A DNA stretch of 64,000 nucleotides from Mobula hypostoma (taxonomy: Eukaryota), in the NCBI RefSeq assembly GCF_963921235.1, contig NC_086118.1, positions 24,430,001 through 24,494,000 of the forward strand, in the 5' to 3' direction. The notes beneath the pieces were generated by a model that saw nothing but the letters and a program-made list of their open reading frames with translations, did no database searches and had not been told where the DNA came from. Shown here piece by piece: positions 24,911-36,241 of this stretch. Numbering within the stretch: the stretch's first letter is position 1; every line of letters begins with the position of its first letter. Position numbers and translations under genes: made by a program.

Positions 24911-25775
24911 TTACAAACAAGAGAAAATCTGAAGATGCTGAAAATCTAAGCAGCACACACAAAATGCTGGAGGATCTCAACAGGCCTGGCGGGATCTAAG
25001 GAAAAAATATGGTTGATATTTCGGGCTGAAACCCTCCAGCAGGAATGGAGAAAAAAGGTGAGGAATAGATTTAAAAGGTGGGAGGAGGGGAGCGGAAAAC
25101 ACAAGGTGATAAGTGAAACCAGGAGGGGGAAAGGTGGAATAAAGAGCTGGGAAGTTGATTGGTGAAAGATATACAGGGCTGGAGAAGGAGGAATCTAATA
25201 GCGGAGGCCAAGGGCCATGGGAGAAAGTAAAAGGGGATGAGCACTAAAGGAAGGTGATGGGTGCGCAAGGAGATAAGGTGAGAGAGGGAAAAGGGGATGG
25301 GGAATGGTGAAGGGGAGGGGGCATCGAGAAATTGATGTTTATGCCATCAGGCTGGAGACTACACAGGTGGATATGTTGTTCTTTTAATCTGAGTGTGGTC
25401 TCATTACGTCAGTAGAGGAGGCCATGGATGAACATGTTGTAATGGGAATGGGAAGTGGAATTAAAATGGGTGGCCACTGGGAGATCCCGCTTTTTCTGGT
25501 GGACGGAGTGTAGGTGCTTGATGAAGTGGTCCCCCAATCTATATTGGATCTCACCAATATACAGGAGGCCACACTGGGAACACCAGACACAGTATATGAC
25601 ACCAACAGACTCACAGGTGAAGTGTCGCCTCACCTGGAAAGACTGTTTGGATCCCTGAATGGTAGTGAGGGAGGACGTGTAGGGGCAGCTGTAGCACTTG
25701 TTCTGCTTGCAAGGATAAGTGCCAGGAGGGAGATCAGTGGGGACGGACAAATGGACAAGGGAGTCGTGTATGGAG
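24911..25775 (-). mobile_element. PLE 3' part with GIY-YIG remnant
   Basis: PGTYPCKQNKCYSCPY..FTCESVGVIYCVWCSQCGLLYIGE in ORF 25409..26044; terminus acaaacaagagaaaatctg at 24913. Confidence 0.92.
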
Positions 25776-26639
25776 CGACCAAAAAGTTCTATTTTAACTT
25801 CATCAGTCCAGAGGACTTGCTTCCAAAATGCATCAGGCTTGTTTAGATGTTCCTTTGAACCTTTTGAATAGATCTTTTTGGCCGCAATGAGCAAAGGTAT
25901 GTTTGGAGGGAAAACGATGCCGAATTTCATGAAAAGAACCCCTCTCCAACTGTTAAGCACAGGGGTGGATCGATCATGCTTTGAGCTTGTGTTGCAGCCA
26001 GTGGCACGAGGAACATTTACTGGTAGAGGGAAGAATGAATTCAATTAAATACCAGCAAATTCTGAAAGCAAACATCACACAGTCTGTAAAAAAGCCAAAG
26101 CTGAAAAGAGGATGGCTTCTACAACAGGATAATGAACCTAAACACACCTCAACATTCACAATGGACTACCTCAAGAAGCAAAAGCTGAAGGTTTGGCCAT
26201 GTCCCTCACAGTCCCCCGACCTAAGCATCATCGAAAATCTGTGGCTAGACCTCAAAAGAGCAGTGCATGCAAGACGGCCCAAGAATCTCACAGAACTAGA
26301 AGCCTTTTGCAAGGAAGAATGGGCAAAGATCCCCCAAACAGGAAGTGACAGACTTTTAGCTGGCTACAAAAAGCGTTTACAAGCTGTGATACTTGCCAAA
26401 GGGGGTGTTACTAAGTACTGCCATGCAGGGTGCCCAAACCTTTGCTTCGTGCCCTTTTCCTTTATTTTATTTTTGAAACTGCAAAAGATGGAAATAAAAA
26501 CATTTTTTTGCTTAAAATATTAAAGAAACGTGTCATCTTTAACTTTATGCCTTTTGGAAATCAGTTCATCTTTTACTCGCTTAGCTATTCACAGTAACAG
26601 AAATTTTGACTGGGGTGCCCAAACTTTTGCATGCCCCTG
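25776..26639 (+). mobile_element. Tc1 (DD34E) transposon, right half only, with an inverted internal piece
   Basis: ORF 25981..26523 QQDNEPKH...SPDLSIIENLW (34 residues between D and E); right TIR ggggtgcccaaacttttgcatgcccctg followed by TA at 26640; inner direct repeat at ~26427. Confidence 0.93.
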
Positions 26640-27243
26640 TACCACTGGAAGTTACCTTTTAAACAAGAGCTCCTATTCTCTCTACAGAGAGGAACCAGGC
26701 CAGTTCATAAACCCTTGGCCCTTTTAAACAATGAAGGTTCAGATACTAATGGACTGAGGCCAAATAATCAAGTACATTGGGGAAATCCACCAAATGGATC
26801 CACCTGAGAGAAATATGTCCAATACAAACATCTGTAAAATATATTTGTTTTGGCAACACTCATACAACTATAGGATGTAGTGTGCATATTTAATGGATTA
26901 ACTGTCATTCCAGTCGCCAGTCTTCTCAGCCACATTCAATCATGGCTGCAATCCTTTTTATTTATTTCTGATAAAATGAACAAGCAAGTTGGCTAACGTG
27001 GGAGTAATTTTACGCCATATTTACTTTTTTGCCCTGATATGAAGAATACAAATCCCCTTGTTATGAATTGTTGTCCTATAATCAGTTAAACCTTGTTCAT
27101 GAATGGTGCAGTGGATAGTAATACAATAATGGAGACTCACCAGGATTTCCCTGGATTGGAGGACTTTAGCTATGGGAAGAGATTGGATAGGCTGTTTTTT
27201 TTTAAATTTTTAACTTGGAGTGAAGGAAGCTGAGGAATGATAG

Positions 27244-27734
27244 AGCACAAGACCGTAAGACATAGGAGAAGAATTAGGCCATTCAGCCCAATAAGTCTGC
27301 TCTGCCATTCCATCATGGCTGATCCCAGATCCCACTCAACCCCATACACCTGCCTTCTCGCCATGTCCTTTGATGCCCTGACCAATCAGGAAACGATCAA
27401 CTTTCGCCTTAAATATACGCACGGACTTGGCCTCCACCGCAGTCTGTGGCAGAGCATTCCACGGATTTACTACTCTCTAGTTAAAAAAAAATCCTCTTTA
27501 CCTCTGTTCTAAAGGGTTGCCCCTCAATTTTGAGGTTGTGCCCTCTAGTTCTGGATACCCCCACCATAGGAAGCATCCTCTCCACATCCACCCTATATAG
27601 TCCTTTCAACGTTCGGTAGGTTTCAATGAGGTCCCCCTGTATTTCTCTAAATTCCAGTGAGTACAGGCCCAAATCTGCCAAATGTTCCTCATATGCTAAC
27701 CCCTTCACTGCCAGAATTATCCTTGTGTAGCTCC
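27244..27734 (-). mobile_element. CR1 3' end inserted into an older plus-strand CR1
   Basis: ORF 27481..27708 GLYSLEFREIQGDLIETYR; TSD atgatag at 27237-27243 and 27735-27741. Confidence 0.9.
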
Positions 27735-29052
27735 ATGATAGTAGTATGTAAAATTAGAACAGGCATAGTTAGGGCAAGTAGAATGTTCTTCCCCAATATA
27801 TACATACAGTGGTGCTCGAAAGTTTGTGAACCCTGTAGAATTTTTGCTATTTCTGCATAAATATGACCTAAAATATGAACTGATCTTCACTTAACTCCTA
27901 AAACTAGATTAAGAGAACTCAATTAAATAAATGACACAAAACACATTATACTTGTTCAGTTACTTAGTAAGAAAAGTAATACAATATTACACGTATTTGT
28001 TGGAAAAAGTATGTGAACCTTTGCTTTCTGTAACTGGCAGGACCCTCTGCACAGCAATAACTTCAACCAAACATTTCCAGTAACTGTTGATCAGTCCTGC
28101 ACATCAGCTTGGAGGAAATTTAGGTCACTCCTCCTTACAAACTGCTTCAACTCTGGGGTGTTGGTAAGTTTCTTTGCATGAACTGCTTGCTTCAGGTCCT
28201 CCCACAACATTTCTATAGGATTAAGGTCAGGACTTTGACTCAGCCATTCCAAGACACAAATTTTCTTCTTTTTAAACCATTCTGTTGTTGATTTACTCTT
28301 GTCTTTCAGATCATTATTTTGCTACATTATCCAACTTCTTTTAGGCTTCAAGTGACAGACTGCTACCCTGACATTCTCCTGTAAAACAGCTTGATACAAT
28401 TTTGAATTCATTGTTCCCTCAATGGTCACAAGCAGTCCGGGCCCTGAGGCAGCAAAGAAGCCCCAAACCACGATGCTCTTTCCACCGCACTTCACAGTTG
28501 GGCTGAGGTTTTGGTGTTGGTGTACAATGCTCTTTTCGCTCCAAACAGAGCAATGTGTATTTCTGCCAAAAAGTTCAACTTTTGTCTCTTCAGTCCACAG
28601 AACATTGTCCCAGAAGTGTCGTAGAACATCCAGGTGGTCTTTTGCAAACTTGAAACCTGCAGCAATGTTTTGTTTGGAGACCAGTGGTTTCCTCCATCGT
28701 ATCCATCCATGAACACCATTTATGTTCAGTGTTTTTCTTTTAATGGACACATAAACGGAGACTTTAGCTAGAGATTTCTGCAGGTCTTTCACTGATACCC
28801 TTGGGTAATTTCTCCACTTCCTTCAGTATAGCACATTGTACCCTTGGTGTGATATTTGCAGAATGTCCACTCCGGGAGAGTAGCAACAACACTGAGTTTC
28901 GTCCATTTGTAGACAATTTCTCTTACTGTGGACTGATGAACTCTTAGGTCTTTAGAAATGCTTTTGTAGCCTTTTCCAATTTGATGTTTCTCTACAATTC
29001 TTCTTCTGAGGTGAAAGTTGTTTTGATCAAGACATGGTGCACATAAACAGAT

Positions 29053-29387
29053 GCAAACACGAGGAAATCTGCAGATGCTGGAATTTCAAGCAACCCACAT
29101 AAAAGTTGCTGATGAACGCAGCAGGCCAGGCAGCATCTCTAGGAAGAAGTACAGTCGACGTTTCGGGCCGAGACCCTTCATCAGGACTAACTGAAAGAAG
29201 AGCTAGTAAGAGATTTGAAAGTGGGAGGGGGAGGGGGAGATCCAAAATGATAGGAGAAGACAGGAGGGGGAGGGATGGAGCCAAGAGCTGGACAACTGAT
29301 TGGCAAAAGGGATATACCTCCTGTCCCATGATCCTCTCATATCCCTTTTGCCAATCAACTGTCCAGCTCTTGGCTCCATCCCTCCCC
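29053..29387 (-). mobile_element. PLE terminal repeat with 5' inversion, inserted in Tc1
   Basis: Minus copy 29053-29315 followed by a plus-orientation piece 29316-29387, forming ~49-bp inverted arms. Confidence 0.9.
29153..29188 (-). ncRNA. Minimal hammerhead ribozyme, consensus copy
   Basis: Reverse complement reads agtc CTGATGA agggtctcggccc GAAAC GTC gact. Confidence 0.8.
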
Positions 29388-29551
29388 TTGCACGCATTCC
29401 TTCTGTGCTGGGTTGAGTGTCGAGCTAGCAATTTGGCCTTGTAAAAATAAGAAAGCTTGCTAAAAAAAAAACGACGTCATGACGGCTGGATTCGAACTCG
29501 GGAGCCTTCACTCCGAAGTCTGGCGCTGATGCCACTACGCCACCAGCCAGC
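29382..29551. mobile_element. tRNA-derived SINE; head (minus, ~29482-29551) and presumed body (plus) in opposite orientation
   Basis: Minus strand TGGCGTAGTGG (A box)...GACTTCGGA...GAGTTCGAATCC (B box), tRNA-Arg(TCG)-like; plus-strand piece ends in an A-rich tail. Confidence 0.7.
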
Positions 29552-31209
29552 AAATCATTTAATATTTGATCATTTTTCTCAATAAATAAATGAACAAGTA
29601 TATATTTTTTGTTATTTATTTAATTGTGTTCTCTTTATCTATTTTTAGAACTTACATAAAAATCTGATCACATTGTAAGTCATATTTATGCAGAAATAAG
29701 AAAATTCCACAGGGTTCACAAGCTCTCTAGCACCACTGTATCAAAACAAAACAAGGAAGAAAGATGGAGGAGTTTTAATGAGGATTTGAGCCAGAAGTGT
29801 TTTTACACAGAGAGTGAAATTTGGGGCATGCTGCCAAAGGAGATGGTGAGTCAGATACAATCATTATCGATTGTATATGGGGATATGGGCCAAACACGGA
29901 CAAATGGGATGGACATCTGGGTTGTTCAGAATGAGTTGGGCCAAAAAGCCTCTATAACCCTATAAAGTTCCTATTAAGTTCCAGAAGCATTTAAGCAGGA
30001 AACTAAACAGCATGGCATAGAGGTATGCAGACTGAGTGCTGGATGTGGTGTGGTTCCATTTCATTGCTGTACAATGCTTTGAAATTAATGTGAATGGAGT
30101 TATGCCAGTGGTACAATTTACTGGCAAATGACAACTTATGCAAAATTGCAGACAGGGACTTTGGTGACAGTAGAGTAGGTAACAGGGGTGATTTGTTGTC
30201 TGAAGAAAGACGTGAGGAAGATGTTACAACACTGGTTTTTTCTCTCCTCTCTCTCCTTTCACCTGTTTTGAATCAGGCAGAAACCAAAAAAAGACCAATT
30301 TCTTTTCTTCTTACCCATTTTATTTCAAATATCGATGATTTATTCTGCCTTGATATTATTTGTTAAATGTGTTCAGTTTAACAAATCATATCAAGGCAGA
30401 ATATCAAACTGAACCCTTGAACAAATAATATTAAATTATCAGGCAAATTTTATTAATATGAGTAATATCAAGGCAGATTTTATTGCTTCTTGCTTTGATT
30501 TACACTTTAAACATAATCTACTTGGAGTATATCTTCTGCAGATAATCCAGAAGATTGTTTTATAGCTGCCAGTAAAGATTACTGTATGTGGTCTCACATC
30601 AAGTATGCTGTTTTTTTCTAAAAACGGACTTTCTGCATACAGTTACCAATTCATTATTAAATGAGACTGTTTAACTTGTCATTTTCTTGTGTTTGTTTTA
30701 CACTTAAATTTGCCTTCAAATGATCCGTCAGATGAAATTCGTCATGAGAAACAAAATGTAGTTCTGGGGAGCTGGAGTTTCTGGGGCACTGGCAAACAAA
30801 GGGTGTAGAGTATTCCTCTCCTTGCACCTCTGTGAAACGTGTCATTCTGTAAACCTCGAAGCATTGCTCCGAACCTTGAAGACAAATGGGAATAGTGTAG
30901 ATAGACAGAACGATCTCATGGTGTGTTGGGCTGAAGAGCCTGTTTCTATGCTGTACAGCTCCAGCATATGATTTTGGATGTTGATGGTTCTGGAAAAAAG
31001 AACAAATATTTTATTCCATAATGTTTGTGCCCTTTAGAAGGGTGGCTTTAATTATTCGCTTTGATTTAACTTACAGACAAATTTACATTGAAGAAACAAA
31101 TTATGTCAACAATCTTTGTTCAAATTATCACAAACTAGAACTTATTTCAATACCTAGTTCTTTACTCCTGTATTCCTGCTAATTTTGGCATTTGTCTTTG
31201 ATCATCCGA

Positions 31210-32190
31210 TTCCATAGGCCCCAAACAATGACGAAATCCATCAGGAGTAAACCCATCTATTGCCCCCTGATATTCAATGTCATTACCATCACTGAATGCC
31301 CTATTATCAGTATCACCATTGTAAATCCATCTTTTTCCCCCTGATATTCAATGACATTACCATCACGGAATACCCTATTGTCAGTATCACCATTGATCAG
31401 AAACTGAATTGTAGTAGCTGTACAAAAAATAGTCATAGTCATAGTCATAATTTATTGATCCCAAGGGAAATAATGCAGCTGAAACAATAGGCCAAAGGCT
31501 AGGAATCCTATAGCCACTAAGTCATCTGTTACAAACGAGAGAAAATCTGCAGATGCTGGAAATCCAATCAACACACATAAAATTCAGGAGGAACTCAGGA
31601 GGCCAAGCAGCATCTATGGAAAAAATTACAGCCGACATTTCAGGCCGAGTCATCTGCTAACTCACCAAAGCCTATCCACTATTCCACGAGTCAAGTTATG
31701 GAATATTCTCCTCTTGACTGGACGAGTACTGATTCAACAATAGTCAAGAAATTTGACATTATACAGGACACAATAGCCCACTTGATAGACACCCAATCCA
31801 CAACAACTCACTCATCCCACCATCAATGAACTAAGGTTATATATTATACCACCTACAAGGCAGACTGCAAAAATTATCAAGACTTCTTCAGTATCATCTT
31901 CCTAATTCCTTGCTTCTACCAATGAAAAGGACAGGAATAGCAAGAGAATTAGAACACCAGCACCAAGAAATTTCCCTCCAAGCTATTTGCCATCCTGAAT
32001 TAGAATATATATCATGGTTCTTTCACCATTGTTGGGTCAAAATCATGGACCTCCCTCCATAATAGTAACGTGGGTATACTCAAACATGAAAGAATGCAGT
32101 GGTTCAAAAAGGCAACTCACTATCGATCTCAGAACTAGGGATCAGCCTGTGAAAACCACATCCCTTAGATGAATATTTTAAAAAATGATC
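31210..32190 (+). mobile_element. Old CR1-superfamily LINE 3' part with internal ~75-bp duplication and small nested inserts
   Basis: PLIFNDITITEYPIVSITIDQKLN; later MEYSPLDW..KKFDIIQD; nested Rex1 tail (atagtc)n at ~31429-31470 and PLE terminus at ~31528-31650. Confidence 0.7.
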
Positions 32191-32733
32191 TCAAGGTATA
32201 AAAATATGTAGAGAAGCAAAGTGAATGAAAAAATATTCAATGATTTAAATATTCACTTTGTCATGTTCCTTCAAAATTTCCCCATGGTACTGCTATTTAT
32301 TATTCATTTTAATTGTCATTAAAGAAGAAATAGCAAGGCATCTGGAAAGAAATGGATCCATCAGGCAGATGCAGCATGGATTCAGCAAAGGCAGGTCCTG
32401 TTTGACAAACTTACTGGAGTTCTTTGAGGATATAATGAACGCAGTGGATAGAGGGGAACAGGTGGATGTTATTTACTTGATTTCCAAAAGGCATTTGATA
32501 AGGTGCCACATAAAAGACTTAACCATAAGCTAAGGATGCATAGAGTTGGGGGTGATATATTAGCACGGATAGAGGATTGGTTAACTATTAGAAAGCAGGA
32601 GTTGGAATGCATGGGTGTTACTCTGGCTGGCATCAGTGGTGAGTGGTGTGCTGCAGGAGTTGGTGCTGGGCCCACAACTGTTCAAGGTATACATTAACAA
32701 TCTGGAAAAGGGGGCCGAGTGTAGTGTATCTAA

Positions 32734-32945
32734 TCAAAGTTGCTGGTGAACGCAGCAGGCCAGGCAGCATCTCTAGGAAGAGGTACAGTCGACGTTTCAG
32801 GCCAAGACCCTTCATCAGAACTGACGCAGGGTCTCGGCCTGAAACGTCGACTGTACCTCTTCCTAGAGATGCTGCCTGGCCTGCTGCGTTCACCAGAATC
32901 TTTGATGTGTGTTGCTTGAATTTCCAACATCTGCAGAATTCCTGT
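32734..32945 (+). mobile_element. PLE-derived palindromic mini-insertion with 14-bp TSD
   Basis: TSD tgtagtgtatctaa at 32720-32733 and 32946-32959; arms 32733-32818 and 32821-32906 around a 2-nt spacer. Confidence 0.95.
32787..32822 (-). ncRNA. Minimal hammerhead ribozyme in the inverted arm
   Basis: Reverse complement agtt CTGATGA agggtcttggcct GAAAC GTC gact. Confidence 0.7.
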
Positions 32946-33130
32946 TGTAGTGTATCTAAATTTGCTGATGATACTACATTGTGTGAAAAAGCAAATTGTG
33001 CAGAAGATACGGAGAGTCTGTGGAGAGATATAGATAGGTTAAGTGAGTGGACAGGGTCTGGCAATGGAACACAATGTTGGTAAATGCGGGGTCATCTACT
33101 TTGGAAGAAAAAAGTGGAAGAGCAGATTAT

Positions 33131-33808
33131 CAGATTATGAGAACACTCAATCCTCTTTTATTGTCATTTAGAAATGCATACATGCATTAAGAAATGATAC
33201 AATGTTTCTCCGGAGTGATATCACAGAAAACAGGACAAACCAAAGACGAACACTGTCAGAACCACATAATTATAACATATAGTTATAGCAGTGCAAAGCA
33301 ATACCATAATTTGATGAAGGACAAACCATGGGCACAGTAAAAAAAGTCTCAAAGTCCCCATGTCGATCGACTCCCGAGACCCCGATAGCAGGTGGCAAAA
33401 GGGAGAAACTCCCTGCCATAAACCTCCAGGCACCATCAACTTGCTGATGCCTTGGAAGCAGCCGACCACAGCCGACACTGAGTCCGTCCATCCGAAACTT
33501 CGAGCCTCCAACCGCCCTTCCGATACAGCCTCCCGTGCGCCATCCTCTGCTGAGCACCTTTGACCTAGCCCCAGCCACTGAAACAAGCAAAGCCGAGGAT
33601 TCAGGGCCTTCTGCTCCGGAGATTCCAGTTACCACACAGTAGCAGCGGTAGCGAAGCAGGCATTTCAGAAGTTTTCCAGATGTTCCTCCATACTCTCACG
33701 TCCGTCTCCATCAAATCAGAATTGTGCACAGTCCCCTACTTGACAGATTACAGATATCATTCACCGGAGAGGCCGCACGCGCTGCCATCGCGCCATCTTC
33801 TCCTCCCC
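33131..33808 (-). mobile_element. Unclassified ~680-bp non-autonomous retroelement, copy 1 (diverged subfamily)
   Basis: 5' GGGGAGGAGAAGATGGCG; 3' atgacaataaaagagg..cataatc; TSD attat; splits the host CR1. Confidence 0.85.
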
Positions 33809-35734
33809 ATTATTATTTAAATGGTAAAAAAAATCAGCATGCTGCTGTGTAATTTCCTGACCAGGTTAATTGGGAGTCTGACTGTTGTCCTTCTGGTGAT
33901 GTAGTCACAACAGGCACACACAGGTGATTGTTAAATCTATCACGTACATCCTCAAATATGGTTAATGCTACAGAATGATTCCATATATATTTTTTTGGAA
34001 GTCAATAGTACACGCATTGGAAAGAAATTGCTTAAGCATCTAAAGTGCTGAAAAACTGGATTACTCTGTGAAAGAATGGGACAGGGGAATTAACTGATTT
34101 TACCACCTACAGACTCACTATGAAGAACTATTTAAAACTCATGTTCACAGTATTATCTTTATTTGCACAATTTGTCTTCTTTTGCATGTTGGTTGTTTAT
34201 TAGTCTTTGCCTGTTTATGTATAGATTTTTATAAATCTCAAGGCAGTATATGGTTGCATACTATATTTGTACTTTGATAATAAATTGACTTTGAACTTTG
34301 AAATTTGAATGCTCTCCTTCAAACCCAGTGATCAGTTATTGCTTATTGGTTAGATCTGGAACATAATCATTCATATTCTCCAACTAATGATCCTGGTGGT
34401 AGGATTTCTTCTCAGTTTGTGGAAGTTTAGACTTAGCTCTCTGAGTAATTTACAAAGTCAATCTACTGATCCATGAGATCTTGGAATTTTTCCCAAAACT
34501 GCAGCAGGATAGAAGTGCTTTTATTATTTTACAAAATAACATATGGAAAGAAGGAAGCAGAGACCTCAAATCTCCAAATATCACTCTCCTTTTACTATCA
34601 GATAATGGGGACTTTGTTGGGAAACCTAGAGAAAGCTGCCACTTTTAAAACGTCTTTTGGAGGCCAGAAAAAGTTGGGTCCCAGATATTATCCTTCGTGG
34701 AATTCACCTGGACGGTACTGTCAGGTACATCTGATGTCTGGAATACCATGTTACCAACAGAATAAAAATAAATGGCCACAAGTTTAAAGAGAATTTTGAG
34801 GAGAACAAATGATCTGCTGGAAGAGGTGAATGGGTTGAGCAGCATCTGGGGGTGGAAAGGACTTGTCAATGCTTCAGGTGGAGTCAGGTTGTAGTTGGGA
34901 TGTCAATCAAGTGTCCTGATGCACGGTTTCAACCTGAAACTTCGACAGTTCCTTTATATCCAACAGATGCTGCTCGACCAGTTGAGTTCTTCCAGCAGAA
35001 TATTTGTTTTCAGATTCCAACACCTGCACTTCCTTAGCGCTCCAAATTTTTTGAGGCTAATGTATTTGGGGTTGTCTGATTGCTTATAGTTACTTACAAT
35101 ATTTGGTCGTGAAGTAACGAGGAGATAGTTGTGGATTACAGTAGTTGCCTATACAAAAAATTAAGTTAACATAAGTAATTTGATGTACTAAACTGTCAAG
35201 ATTCAAATTTTGCTTCTGGTTGAATAGTTATTTTTGTTTCCAAAAGTCAGAAATACAGGAAACAAAGATTAGACTGTCAGAGGCCTTGAGATCGCCCACA
35301 AAATATGGATTCCAACCCACTGATGGGGTATTTATTGCCACCAACACTCAACGTTCATTTCAATGAATATATTTTTCTGAGACTAACCAACGAAAGTGGG
35401 ATGAAGGAAGCATTGCATTGCAAGATTTTAATTTTTGTAAAGCACTGTTTCTAAGACTTACACATCAGGAGACTTCATAAAATAAAACTGTTAATGTAAG
35501 GATAATTTAAAGTGAATCCCAATTTCAATTAGAATAAAGGTGGTCTTTCTTATCTTGTAAATGCCAACTACCAAGTATGGTGAAGATAATTTTTAGAATG
35601 CATTCAGTCTGCATGCTTTATTTTTAGCAGAATAACTTTAGCATTACAGTTTTGTTTGAAAAATGCAGTAAGTATAGAACATACAAAAGAAATCAAAGAT
35701 TTAATTCATGTAAAAGTGTAATAAGTAGGTGGAA

Positions 35735-36241
35735 CATACATCAAAGTTGCTGGTGAACACAGCAGGCCAAGCAGCATCTGTAGGAAGAGGTGCAGTCGAC
35801 GTTTCAGGCCGAGACCCTTCGTCAGGACTAACTGAAGGAAGAGTGAGTAAGGGATTTGAAAGCTGGAGGGGGAGGGGGAGATGCAAAATGATAGGAGAAG
35901 ACAGGAGGGGGAGGGATAGAGCCGAGAGCTGGACAGGTGATAGGCAAAAGGGAATACGAGAGGATCATGGGACAGGAGGTCCGGGAAGAAAGACAAGGGG
36001 GGGGTGACCCAGAGGATGGGCAAGAGGTATATTCAGAGGGACAGAGGGAGAAAAAGGAGAGTGAGAGAAAGAATGTGTGCATAAAAATGAGTAACAGATG
36101 GGGTACGAGGGGGAGGTGGGGCCTTAGCGGAAGTTAGAGAAGTCGATGTTCATGCCATCAGGTGCTGCTTGGCCTGCTGCGTTCACCAGCAACTTTGATG
36201 TATGTTGCTTGAATTTCCAGCATATGCAGAATTCCTGTTGT
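35735..36241. mobile_element. PLE fold-back insertion with long inverted arm and 14-bp TSD
   Basis: TSD ataagtaggtggaa at 35721-35734 and 36242-36255; minus arm 35735-36162, plus arm and tail 36163-36241. Confidence 0.95.
35794..35829 (-). ncRNA. Minimal hammerhead ribozyme, intact core
   Basis: Reverse complement agtc CTGACGA agggtctcggcct GAAAC GTC gact. Confidence 0.8.

Larger units (their letters stand above)
27807..29738 (-). mobile_element. Tc1 transposon with long IR/DR-type TIRs and decayed transposase
   Basis: TA|cagtggtgctcgaaagtttgtgaaccctgt ... acagggttcacaagctctctagcaccactg|TA; ~190 bp of inverted similarity; ORF 28322..28792 RKPLVSK..FAKDHLD..FWDNVLWTEETKVELFG..TVKCGGKSIVVWG. 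Confidence 0.95.
32314..33850 (+). mobile_element. CR1 RT fragment hosting two younger insertions
   Basis: QHGFSKGRSCLTNLLEFFED; SVSKFADDT resumes after 32946; RADYYLNG is split at 33130/33809. Confidence 0.9.

Noticed and set aside
29482..29551. Functional tRNA-Arg gene
   Set aside because: A and B boxes are present, but I could not close a full cloverleaf, and it lies in a rearranged TE junction; treated as a SINE head.
30094..30366. ORF with NLLANDNLCKIADRDFG, reminiscent of the kinase LVCKIADFG motif
   Set aside because: DFG is offset by two extra residues, there is no HRD or APE motif, and no convincing splice sites; likely chance.
34602..34724. AG/GT-bounded open 123-nt segment (IMGTLLGNLEKAATF...)
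   Set aside because: Weak donor (gtacat), unrecognised peptide, no supporting neighbouring exons.
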